Positions 45,880 to 58,808 of a stretch of DNA of 64,000 nucleotides are shown in pieces. The stretch is taken from contig OZ076409.1 in NCBI GenBank assembly GCA_964187785.1, positions 61,010,001 to 61,074,000 on the forward strand. Reading direction: 5' to 3'. The position numbers and the translations under genes are program-made. The first letter of the stretch is position 1, and every line of letters begins with the position of its first letter. The DNA is from Amphiscolops sp. MND2022 (taxonomy: Eukaryota). The notes under the pieces were generated by a model that saw only the letters and a list, made by a program, of their open reading frames with translations, was not told the DNA's origin and searched no databases.

Positions 45880-48800
45880 ATGGATTCTTTTCAAGGAAGC
45901 ACAACGCCAACTTTCATTTCTTTCTATTTAGATAATCAAACTCCTGAGGTCGGAAATTCTTCAAATCCCTCTGAACTACCTCTACCAGCATCCAATGAGG
46001 ACACTACTATTACTTCCAGGAATGTCACCAACCCTCGGATTCCCCCCCCCAGAATACAGACAGTGATGAGGATGTAATTGCATACGCGGAGGCTAAAGCT
46101 TTAAGCATTGAGACTGGGGTACTTCAAGTACAGAAACAGTCGGACGTAAGTGCCAAGAATACTGAGTTGTCCCTTGTGGAAGTTCATTCTAGCCAACAGC
46201 TGACACGCCCTATGTTACCAGTACGAGCAAGTACTCCAATTCCTCTTGAAACAGCTGGAACTTCTCAAGCTAGTTTGACTGCCTTGGAATCGGGACTGAG
46301 AGTTGCTGACGCCTCGGAGTCCCAATTGCCTGAGCTTCTCACTACAACACCGACTAAGGTTGTTGCCCCCATCTCCTGTGCGTCGACCACTGATGATGAC
46401 GGTGAATCCTCCGTTTATGAAGTTCCTGCTCTCCCGACGCAAGAGCATAAGGTCCGGTTCTTGTCAGATCTCAGTGAGATTGAGAAAACTGCAGAAGAAT
46501 CCAGTAATGTAACCTGCCCCTCCCTATATGGGGGAATACCAGGTTTGTCTGAATCCGGAGTAGAAGCAAGTGATCAGCCTGACCAGACAATTACTGCCCA
46601 ATCGCAACTAGAGCCTGAGCCGTCAACATCCAGAGGGACCGGGGCTCAGCTTCCTGAACTTTCTGGGAGAGCGAGGGCTATATTGAAAACATATTTTGAC
46701 GAGACTAATGCCTTTAAGTTGCCACCGGGACAAACGACCGTCACAATCTCTGAGCCACAAGTGTATCATCAGCTACGCGTTTTAACCGATGAAACTCTTC
46801 GTATGTCCTACAGCACTATTGAACGTATGAACATAGATGCTGTCCGGGGGAGTCCAACGATTGCTCCATCAAGAACCAGCCATTTCCAATTGGGGGCAAG
46901 AGCACAAACCCCTTACCGTTACGCTGACAGTGATTCCAGTGATGCCGAATCCGGACGATTGCCAGTCGTCGATTCTGAGGGACAGAGCGCGACTGACTAT
47001 GGTGAGTTAGGTGACTCCTCTACATTTGGAGAAAGTGATAGTGCCGGAGAAATGGCTTTGATTTCTGCCACATTTGAGGCTTCCAACAAAAATCCTGCCG
47101 TTAAGGCGGCCTCCTTGCCGGCCCAAACTAGATTGGTCCAAGCTAGCAGTCAGGAAACTGACCTCAGTAGTCAGGACGCGACACTGTCTGAGGCGAGAGA
47201 GCAAACTTTGAAGCACAAGGACAAGCAGCAGAGTAAGAAGGCTGGTAAGCATACGAGAGTGCCACAACGCGGAGTCCCAATGAGGGAAGAATTCTTTGCC
47301 AAGATTGGGTGGACGCGCTCATTCATCTCCGGGCCCGCAGACCCAATTCACAACCCCTATATGGTTTGGTGCCAAATCTGCAAAAAGAAATTCTCCATCC
47401 GCACCAAAGGAACAATGGAAATTCTTAGACACCACCGCACCGAGAGACATCTCAGACGTGATCAGCGATGGCGGTATGAGTACTTGAAGAGCACAGATCC
47501 CGTCACTCTGAAAACTCAGCACCGGGTACGGGGCAAAAACCGTAAAATCTTGACCAAGCTAGAGTTGGCCAAGGAGCTTCCCAAATTTATACACGCTGAA
47601 CTGGTAGATATTGGAGAGCGCTTCCCCTTTTATGAGGATTTCGTCCGAGGCCGGACAACACCTTTGATCACTCCAGAATCTCGTGCGCGGACTCAGCTGT
47701 GTATAGTTGCCGAATTTATCCAGCATCATGGGGACATTTCAATCCTTCGTAGCATGTGGGCCAAGATCAGCTCGTTCACCGATCATCAGGCAGCCCTTTG
47801 CGATTTTGATTTGAGGGAAGAAAGAATGACCGTAAGTATTATTCCTCTTTTCTTATGATCTCCTCTTTCGAATTCGACCGGTTTCTCAATCCATTTTCCT
47901 TTTCAGGTCATGTTCCAACATCTATTCAACTGCAGCATGCACGATATTGCAAACCACATATCCTCCTCACAGTTCTTCGCTCTGGAATTCGAGGATGAAG
48001 GAGCTAGCCGATTCATGTCGCTCAGATACTGGAAGGGCCAACACTTGTACAGAGTCGTCATTTGTCGCAGTGGGTTACCCAGTACAGATCTCATTGGAGA
48101 ATTAGGTTCCCTAGCTCGCTTACTCTCGGTGATCTCAACAAAAGTGGATATCGTGGCCTGTTCCGGATGCCCTTCTGAATTGATCCGGACTCTAGATGAA
48201 CTCCCGACCAGCACCCGAGCTGTCCAAAGTTGCTTTCGATTCAGCCAACTGAACTTACCCAAATTGATGTACAAGAGCAGTTATAGTGTTTTCGGGCATT
48301 TGGACTTCTTCTCAGTGCTACGAGGCTTGGTTATCTCTTTGGGCGGATCTTCCCACAAGGATTGGGTGCAACGCAGCCCTGAATTAGTTAAGGTAAGCAG
48401 TAATTAGTGTTTCAACGTCACGGGCGCTTTAGGCCGGTTTGGGGCGTTAACTTAGGTCATGTAGTAATTCTGAATTTTCTCTTTAGGACATCTCCAAAAG
48501 TGACTTGGAGCTTTCTACCCTGCCGACCTTGTGCCAGGAACTCATAGAAGAGTGGAAGTTCGTAGTCTCCTACCTCACACTGCACGCTCCCAAACAACAA
48601 GGCCAAGGAGTCAGAACAAGGGTAAGTAGCCTCACTTGGGCCCTGTCCTATTCCTTTGAGTAGGAGTGACACAGGTTTACTATTGTTCTTCGTTACGTTC
48701 TAGGTCCAAAGTTTTGAGTGGTCGCTCATCTGTGATGAGTTCTTCCTTGCTAAATTGGAACTCTTCTATCACCTCATCAGTGATTGTTAGTATATCAGGG

Positions 48801-50017
48801 TAGAGTGCTTTATCTTCTTAGGGACCAGTGGGGATTGTTCTTTTGTTTTCAGATAACTCCAGTTTTGTGACCAATCTGCAACGGAGGCGAGACTCCTCTT
48901 TCTACCTTTGCGGAGAGATAGCCCGCTACATTTACCGACTCTGTTTCCGCTGCTATACTCCCGACACTATTCCACTAGAGAATTCGTGGTTCCTTCTTCT
49001 GAATTTCTAGACCAGTCAAGGAACTTTCATGCCAGCGGATGAGTTCCTGACCCGGCTGAAAATGACGAATAAAGTTGCCAAGGCTAGCAAGCAGAAGTCA
49101 GAAGGCGTGCATTCTGGCAAGAAGATCGACAGGGCTGCTGTTCAGAAGACAGCCACTACCATCAAGAATGATTTTGTTCGGGACACTCAATTCTACCTGC
49201 AGCATTTAATCGGAGCAGTCCTCCGAGAAGCCGGCCTTTGTTCTAACCTCGTCAAAGGGCTTGCTGCTTTTGACCCCTACGTTATGGTACATAGACCTAC
49301 CGAAGTGGCTCTCCGTCATTTCGACCTACTGTACCGGACTTTCCATTTCAGATCTTGGGTTAGCGCTGCAAACGAGTCTGCCTGCCGCGACGAGTACGTG
49401 GAACTTCTGGATCAACTTCCCGCGCCTCTTCCCTGCCTTCCCTTGATGTCACCCAAGGTTCTCCGGATTTGATTGACTTCCTCATTAACCTTGATTTCAT
49501 GCAAGAGCACAGTCATCTGCTGTACTTGTTCAAATTGAGCTGTTTGTGTGTTACGTCTAACAGTTCTCATTATCCTGTCGTAACCGTGGGTTCCCTCAGC
49601 ACTTCAAATTAACAGAGCAGGCTTACTGACGTAGTTTTACCTGTCCAGAGTTATCTGTCGGGAGTTTCTGACTCTGTCGTTTTCTGCAGCAATGAGTCCA
49701 ATTTAAGCAAATTCTCCCTTCTTTCCGCCTCATTTGGTCAGTAAGCTTTATCTCCCTCCTATGACCCCTGGACATTCGTTGATGAGTTTGGCAGGGGTAA
49801 AATATACAAGACCCTGTTGACGACGTATCGCTCCACGCTTTCTGGATTGGGTTAAAAAGTTAGAGACCCTGATGGAAATGAAATTTCTACATTTGGAGAG
49901 GCACCTGCTGTAGTACCCCCTAGTGATCGTAAGCGAACACGGATGGAGAAAAGTAATTCGAGGTCACGGGCCTCTTCTGTCGTAGAGGAATCTCCTGCTA
50001 GCACTTCTAAGGACTAA
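45880..50017 (+). pseudogene. Antisense spliced gene with BED/TTF-like zinc finger, hAT-transposase-like, disrupted
   Basis: ORF 46167-47831 contains WCQICKKKF..ILRHHRTERH. In-phase GT-AG joins at 47831/47907, 48392/48487 and 48621/48704. SQFFALEFED..MSLRYW resembles a degenerate hAT first-Asp region. Stops and frameshifts occur downstream and near 46050. Confidence 0.6.
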
Positions 50018-50248
50018 ATGTACATATGTATTTATGTACTTACGAACTGTAAACGTTGTTAATTTTCTGTTTTGTTGTCTTTTTTGTATCCCCATTTTGC
50101 TGTAGTACCCCTGTATTTATTCGCCTGAAAGGGGTTCTTTAGTTGTCCCATTATTTATTCAAAAAAACACTTTCCTGGGACTAGTAAAAGGAAAAAGATG
50201 AAAGAAAAGAGAATTCCAGGATCATTTGCGAGCTGAATTTAGCCTTTT

Positions 50249-53200
50249 CTAGTATCTAAAGTCTTCTGAGTAGTTTGGGTTAGGGTTTGGTCTGAGATTA
50301 TATTTCCCACCTCTAGGAATCAGGCTTTCGTTTCTGGAATCATTTTCCGATATTTCGGGAACGATAATATCATCCCCCCTTTTTGGAGAATTTTGTGTAT
50401 CATTTTCATTCATCGGATTTTTTTCTGAAAAAATTTCATCAGTTTTCAGTCCATCTGCCGTATTCGGCAAAGATTTTTCTTGGTTTTTTGTGGAAACGGC
50501 CGGATTTGGCCAATCAGATTTTTCATTTTCTATCACTGCAGCAGCTTCATTTCTTTTAGTGACGTCATCACTTAAGCGGTCATTCCGGCTGTGCGTCGCA
50601 TTGTCGTTGTTTAATTCTTCTCGCGTGATTATGTAATCCGCTTCTTTCTCGTCTACGTCAAATTGAATCGGTTCTGCCGCATTCGGCTGTTCGCCGTTCG
50701 GCAAGCTAGTCGGGATAGGATCGTTGCTTCGTGTAACTAGCTGCTCTCCAAAGTCGGTTTCCCACGTTATGACGTCTAAATCATCTTGCGGAACAATAAT
50801 TTCCTCGTCTGGCTGTAACCGCTGTTCTCGGAAATTGTCCTCAAGCGGTTGATTGGGGACAAATTTTTTAAGGCGAATCCGATGCAAAATTTGAGTCTTG
50901 TTTGTGGTTATTCTTCTAACAATGTAATTTTCGTTAGGTAAGACCTTTTAGACTATAAATGGTCCAACCCAACGATAATCTCGGAATGGAATTTTTGATC
51001 CTTGGTGATCCGCTTTCGGCTGTAAGACAAAACAGTATTCATTCTCCTTTAATGGAGCGGCTTTTGCCTACGGTCATAATATTCTTTGTATTTGATGTAC
51101 TACTGCATAATATTTTGCTTCGTCTTGTCGATCAAGATTTTCGTCCGGGTTTGGATTTTTTCAGAAAATTCGGTTGTGGGATTGATCTGCTCGTTTGGAT
51201 TGTTTCCAAGCTTGTGATCCAAGATATTGTATGGAATTCTTCCATGGAATACTCTCGTCGGTTCACAACCGATGCTGGCATGATAACTGGTATTATAGTT
51301 TAGTACCGCTAATGGCAAGTATTTGTGCCATTGTCGGCGGTATTCCCCACATGCCATTTTGAGGTTGGTTTTTAACGAGGCATGGGTCCGCTCCAATTTC
51401 CCAATTGTCTGCGGGTGTTTTGTTGTTGCACATTTGAGTGTTTTGCCCAAAATTTGCGTAACCTCCGCAATAAGTGTAGAAGTGAATGCAGTACCTTTAT
51501 CAGTAATAAGAGTCGTTGGCAGATATGCATGCTTGGTCATGATGTCAATGATCGCTTTTGCTACATTGATCGCTGATGCGTCCGTAAGGGGATAGGCGAA
51601 CAGATATCTGGAGAATACATCAATTGCCGTTAGGACATTTTCATATCCTCCACTTGGGGGAAGATTCGGCAATAGGTCGATTTGCATGGCGTCTTCAGGT
51701 CCAAAGTCCCATTCGGGCAAGTTGAGTAATTCCGGCGTAATTGTTGCATTGGGGACTCGTTTGTCCCTTGCACATTCTTCACACCCTTCAACCCAATTTT
51801 TGACGTGTTTAGCCATGCTAGGGTAGTAATACCTCTGTCGAATTTCCAGCAACATTTTTGAGATACCAGGATGTTTGTGCGCTGTCCCATGAAGAGACTG
51901 AAGCAATTCCTGGAGTAAGTGTTGCGGGAGCAGAATTTGGTGGTATTTAACGTTCCCTGTTTCATCAAAGTATTGCCTTGTCAGGATTTCGTCCTTTAAT
52001 ACAATTCGTTCCAGATTATTTGCATAATGTCTATATCGGGAATCCTGCTGCAGTAGGTTTTCTGAATACTCTTCATGAAGGAGTTTTGCCTTCAATTGTT
52101 GCAATACTGCATCTTTGGATTGCTCAATAATTATCTGGTTTGTCCTCCTTAATCGGACTTGTATATAAGATTGTTGTTTGACCAGATTTGTTGACAAAGT
52201 TTGCATTGTAACAGTGGGGTCATCAATTGCTGGATTTTTCCTGATTGCTTCTTTTCTTGCCCAATACTGTTCTTCTGTCTCTTCGTCATCATTGGTGTAG
52301 AAGATTTGTTCTTCTTGCGACACCCCTGCGGATTGGACATTGACTTCGATTGGTAATGTTTGTACATATTCGCGAATTTTCATCACTAATTTGTCCTTCG
52401 GATCTGCTTCCAATCGGGACAAATAGTCAGCATCTGTATTTTGTGCCCCCGGGATGTGCGCTATGACAAATTTGAACTGAATAACATTATCACACGCGTT
52501 CCACAGTGCTGAGGGTATTATTTTCGTTTGGAAAAATCGTGTTACAGCTGTGTTGTCAGTTGAGATAATGACTGGTTTGGGCGCACCCCAGAAGATATGT
52601 CCAAATTCTTTGAATAGAAAATAAATTGCAAGGAGTTCTTTGGCATAAATTGACATTTTGATCTGTGCCGGGGTGAAGGTTTTTGATCCGTATGCTACAG
52701 GGGCATAGGATTTTCTGAGTGACGTAAATTTTTGGCTTGGGTCGTCTTCAATTACGACCGCGTACCCGGCTGCACCAAAACTTGCATCAGTCATTAGTGC
52801 AATTTGCTTGTGCGGAATGCGTTGCTGTAGGGCCAAGTCGCAACATTTGTCTAGTGGTCTATTGATTTCTTCAAATTGCTGGACTAATTCCTTCGATACT
52901 AGGACTTTTTCGTCACTTTTCAGCATCTTGTAGAATGGAGCAAGGCGTTCGGAAAGTCTTGGGACATAATTCCTGTAATAGTTTAGGAATCCCAAGTAGC
53001 GTTGTAAAGCCTTTTTCGACTTCGGGAATTTGGTCTTTACCAGAAAGTTTTGCACATTCTGTTTCTGGGGCTTGACGCCTTGTGGGGTAATAGTCCGTCC
53101 GAGAAAATCAATTTCTTTTGCACCAAAGAGACATTTGTGCATTGTCAACTTAAGGCCTGCTTCCTGAATGCATTTGAATATTGCTCTCAGGTTAGCTATG

Positions 53201-56200
53201 AGGTGGTCAGCATCGTTGGCTGCGATGCCGATATCGTCCACATACTGGGCATATTGATCCGCTTTGATGACTTTGTCGAGGTATTCCCTCATGAAGCTCG
53301 AATACGCGGACAGAGCCCGGCTAAGGCCTTGTGCCAAACGTCTGTATGCAAATGTGCGACTGGCGAAGTTAAAGGCCAACATTTCAATCGATCGTTGGTC
53401 AGCCATCGGTAGGCAATGGTATGCCTGCGAGCAGTCTAATTTACAGAACAGTTTTTTGCCTGCCAAGTGTTGGGCAGCGTCGACTAAAGTACTGACGGGG
53501 TGATTATTATTTATGTAATCATCAGATATGAGGTTGTTGATTTTTCTCAAGTCAACCAAGAGTCTGAGTTTTCCGTTCGGTTTCTTTTGTGCGAATATTG
53601 GACTCGCATATTTCGAGAACGGACGGTAGGGTGGTGATGATGCCATATTTGTGTAACATGGCCAGTTCGACTAAGATGTCTTTCTTCAGGTTTATAGGGG
53701 CTGGGAGGCTTTGGCTATAGGCTGGGGAATCGTCCTTAGGTGTCAATTTCACCTTGAATTCCTCGTTCATACCTATGTCAAATCTGTGTCGTGCGAATAT
53801 ATCAAGGAATTCCACTAGTAATTCCTCAATTTTCTCTATTTCTTCAGGAGTAAGAGTGGAATCTTTCCAATCAAAGTTTTCTAGGAATTTTGCACGAGAT
53901 TCTTCATCTTTAGTGGGGTCGAGTGTCTCCAGGTCCTGTAAGGCCTGTAGTTCGCGTAGAATTTTTTTCTGGATGGGTGTGTGTTCCTCGGGGTTTCCAG
54001 GGTTTTCTGAAGTTGGGAACCAGTAGTTTTCAGAATTTTGAGGATTTCTGTTCGTCTTGATGAGGCTGCTGACATAATGGGCTGCCTACTCTTGGTCATT
54101 TTGCAAAAGGTGCCAGGTTGAAGCCGGGTCTACCGGTTTGACATATTTCATCCGTTCTGGCGTCATGACTGAGCAATTGGCAATATGAAGTCCCTTTTTA
54201 AGTTTATAAGGGTGGTCTGTGAAATTATTCATAGGTATCGATATACTGCCATCATTTAGAGTGACCAAGGCTGGGCAAAATGTGATGTCGCCTTCTTCAT
54301 GTAGAAGGTCGCTCGGTTGCAAAATCCCAGTAACCGCATTCTCAGGATACAGTAAGGAATTGGTCCTAATTAGGACTCTGTCATTTGGCGGAATTGTTAT
54401 TTGAGTGGGGTTGAGAATCGGTTCTAGTACGTTGGAATAATTGTGGTCAGCTGTTTTAAGCTGCATTGAAAAGAACGGGAAGTTTAGGATTCCTTGCCTC
54501 ATGTCCAAAACTGTATGATTTCTCTGAAGGAACATTAGTCCAATGATCGGTCCTGTCAAATGTTCCATTACTATGAAGATTTCATGGAACTCAATGTCAC
54601 CAACTTCGAATTTGAGCTCTATGGTACTCTTAGGAGTTTCCAGTTGCCCATTAGCGACCATGATTTGGAAGTTCGGAGGCGGACCTTCTCGGATAACAGA
54701 TTGTGGAGATAGAAGACGGATTTTCCGGAGGTCCATTTCAGGAATGGCACTGGAGAGAGCCCCAGTGTCTATGAGTCCATCAATGGTCAGTTCCCCAAAG
54801 TTCATTGGGAAATAAAGCATGCGTTTCTTGCATTTGAGGTTAATGTTGGTTGACAGGGGTATACAGTCTGGTTCACCGTCTTTGGTGATGAGTACATTTT
54901 GGAACTGTTTCTCGTCTAACAGTGATTGTGGTATGGATTCGGCAGTGTTTTCAGGAGGGTTCCCGGGTTCAGTTCTCGGTTCCCGGGGGTTTGGGAACAC
55001 TGGGTGGTTTGTACCATCGTTCATTTGCCAATTTTCAATAAGTGCTCGTGTGTTCTTGTTATGGGTAATTGGAGGGTTCTCGTGGACGGTTTTGTTGTAG
55101 TGTTCAATGTCGTCTAGAACATACTGAAATGGTAATAGGTCCTGATTATAAATTTCGGTGTCCCAATAAGGATCTCTGCCATAGTCTGGGTCGACGTATG
55201 TTGGGTTGTAATCATCAATCAGGGGAATGGGCCTGAACCGGGTAGTGAAGGTGGTGGTGTAGTCAGGATCCCAAACAGGAATTGGTTTCTGGAACAAATG
55301 GGTGTTATTGTAGGTGATGATGGTGGCTTTTTCCATCTGCTGCTGCCAGACAACAGAGGGATAGCCCATCAATTGCTGATTGTATTGATGGAAGGTTTGC
55401 GTTTGATTGTCCGATCTGATGTATTGTCGGACAGATATTAGTTCGTTGTATTGGAGTCGTGGCGAAGTTAGTTTTTTGACTCATCATTTGAAGATGAGGA
55501 TTGGGAGCTTGATGATGTCGGTTTGGTCTGAGGTTTCTGAGCCTTCGAATCAGGCTTATTGTCATTTGAGTCCTCGGGCCTAGTGCGTTTGGGTTTAAGA
55601 TGTGCACCGGCACCTTGCCAACATCTTTCCTCCGGGTGGTTCTTTTTGCCACGAGTGCCACACTCCGGATATGTTTTCTTCTGAGTCGACTTGCCCTGTT
55701 GGGCATCTTTCTCTTTTTTCTTTTTCAATTTTTCGCAGTCCTTGGCCATGTGGCCCTTTTCCTTGCAGTAATTGCAAGTGATGTCTGACATTTGCGCAGT
55801 GGACAGAGGAGTTTTAGGCTTGGCAGATGAGGAAGTCATTGTCGCCATTGGTAGGTCATCTGCCTCCTCGAGGGCGTTAGGCTCCAATTCTCTCTCCAAA
55901 TGAGCAACTACCTCATCGTATGAGCCATTTTCTAATCTGGCCATGTTGACGGACCGCTTCAGTTTTAGTTGCAATTTTGCGTAAAGCAAGCTGTCAATCA
56001 TTTTCTGCGCATGGTCTCCAAACGCTTTCTCTGCCCCTTGATTCAATTCTTCAAGGAAATCAAGCAGTTTCATCGTATTGGGATCAAAGACCAGACGGTG
56101 CCATTTATGTTTGGCAGTCGCCTGTGATTCGGGTTTGACGTATTTCCGTCTGAAAATAACTAGTACGTCTTCGAGGGTTTGTCGATTTGTCGAATTGATA

Positions 56201-57177
56201 TTCCTGAACGTCTGGAGAGCATTTTTCCTCAATAGCGAATGAAAATTGTTAATTTTCATTTGCTCGGTCATTTCTGGCTGCATCTTGATCATAGTGGGAA
56301 AGAGATCTTCGAACAGCTCAAATTTCTCACTTTTGCCGTCGAACGTCATAGTATTGGAGTTGACGGGGCGTATGGTGAGTTGTTGGGCTGCCGGTCTATT
56401 CTGCATAGTAGTCAGGACATCCGCCAGTCTGGTGATGGGATCAGGATCGGTAGCTGTAGCGATTCTCTCATGCGCTGAGATCGTCGTGTCAAGGTTGATG
56501 TCTTCATAGGAGTGATTGAGATGACTTCTTGATGGGATACGTCCTGTGAGAAACTCAGGAACTGGATTTGGAGATTCGTTGTCTCCTGTCACCATGTCAT
56601 GAACATTTAGGTTAGGGAAATCATTGTTTAACTGATTCTCATTTTGTTCATTTCTCAAGTTGTTCTTTGCGTTTAGGTTTCGCTGAACTTCGGAATTTAG
56701 TTCCGGTCTCTCGGACGGAACGTCCCATCCCTTTCTGGTCCCGTGTCCCGATCCGGCCATAATAACATTTTGGATCTGAGGAAGCACTTGAGTGCTTATT
56801 GCATCGCTTATGGCCCTTTGTATCTGATCACTCACCGAATTCATCATCTCATCCATTTCTCGTGGAATGCGGGAATTTAATTCACTTGACAACATGTTTA
56901 TTTCAGCGCTAGAATTGCCAGTAACTGAATTGCGGTCACACTCGGTATTTGTCCTAGAGTTAATATATCTCTGGGTTTCACCTATGTTCCCGTCCTCATT
57001 TTCGGACTCGTTGCTTACAAAGCTTCTAGGTCTCCTGGGCAAATTACTATTCAAACTGCCTTCTCTTTCTCTACTGTTAAAATGGTTTTCACCTAACATG
57101 ATATCTAAATTCTCGATATCAAATAACATTTCAAGTCCTCTTGACTTCCTATTTTTTTGTTTTCTAGTGGTTGGCAT
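50249..57177 (-). mobile_element. Ty3/gypsy gag-pol, full domain set but with several stops/frameshifts
   Basis: gag 55468-57177 (CNYC..H..C), protease LIDTGA (54086-55372), RT YVDD, RNase H TDAS, integrase H..HPG..CEEC, IDLL, TDKG, LER (51100-53646), tail 50249-50887. Confidence 0.96.
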
Positions 57178-58808
57178 TGAAACAATTCCGAATTAAATAA
57201 TAAATTAAACAACTCGGAAAAACAACAGCGGAGCCGTTTTTAATTCAATCTTTCCTAGTAGCGTCTTAAATGAATTGTGTCCCACTCAGGTCAAGTATCA
57301 GTATATATACTCATGAGGGGATGACATTCACATACTTTACATACTTCTAGTTAAGATTAGTATTTTGTGGAATGTAAGGTACAACGTTTCGAAAGATATT
57401 TAAGTTATCAAATACCTCCAGTTACATATTTTACATATCATTGAATAGCATCAGAGCGCATGTTCCAACAAAATCCCAAGTGGGTGACTTCCTAACATAT
57501 ACATGTATGTCATAACTGAAACATCAAACACTCAACATTTTGGTCGGCAAACATACCGGTACTTCAAACAACATAATCATGGAAATATTATTATTTCATT
57601 GTCAACAAATATCATCACGTGCTGATGGAATGCAAAACACGCACCATTGGTCTGTCATACTGACACGTGCCGCCATGCGGCTGTTAATCCGCACAGGGGG
57701 AGGCAAGATCAAATATTACATGTTCAGTCATCACGCTATTGAAACAAAGTGTATTCTAGTAAGGCCGAAATTGACCAAATCCAAGTTGATAGTATAGGAT
57801 CAAAGGAAAGGAAGAGGGGTAAAAGGTCTTATTCGGCTTTTGATTAATACTTGGTTTATTGAACCCTCAAAGATTGACACTAGTGTTATTTAGCACTGAG
57901 TACACGTCCAGAGAGATTCCTGATTAACTTAATTAACCATAAGTACAAATAATTCAGCGTTGACGTATTTCACCAAGACGGCCGGAACCGGCCGTTTGAC
58001 CAAGGCATAGAATGAAGTACATTTATTCAGTCAATTGGCCTTACTCGGCCATTAACATATCAGAGTTGTATTGAGTTTGTAAATTGGAGCGTTGTGATTG
58101 GCCAGGACAGCGAGCTCAAGTGACGTTTTTGGATTAGCACTGTGCATCACTTGAACTCGTTTCCTATACCGCTTTACAGTTGCTTGTATTTACGTATCGT
58201 TCAATCTGATAATTCACATTCTAACTGCATTTCAATACATAGTAACCCGATCTGGATATTTCCAAATCGTATAATTTTAACAGACTAATATGTTTACGTG
58301 TATAAATGAGAAAACTTAACAACGTCAATAAATGCAACAAATCCAAAACAACAAAACAGTGTAAAAGTTTGTTTAATTGTTTTTTTGACTAATAAATCGG
58401 AAGCGTGCCGGAAGCTGTCTCTTGTCCTTGCGTAGTCGTCGTGATCCTAGTGCCGTCACAGGCGGCAGCCTGCGACAATATTCACGTAACTACAAAAATA
58501 GTCAGGTAGTGGATGGAGATAGTGAAGATTTGGCATAATTTGGAAAAAAAACGCAACACAGATTATGATTTTCCTCCCCCATTATATGTGGGCGGAAAAA
58601 AATCAAGGTCATTTTCGCTGGAAGTCCCTAGTGGTGCGACTTTTTACCACGACATTCCAATTCCTTAAACTTACATTGAATCCTCAAAAACCTGCATTTA
58701 TAAGATTGCCGGTATGAGACGCTGCCTATTGTCAACGAATGCATACCCGACATTCATCTTGAATTTAACTTATGTGATTCTTGAAAATTTGTTTACGAGT
58801 CTTGGTGT

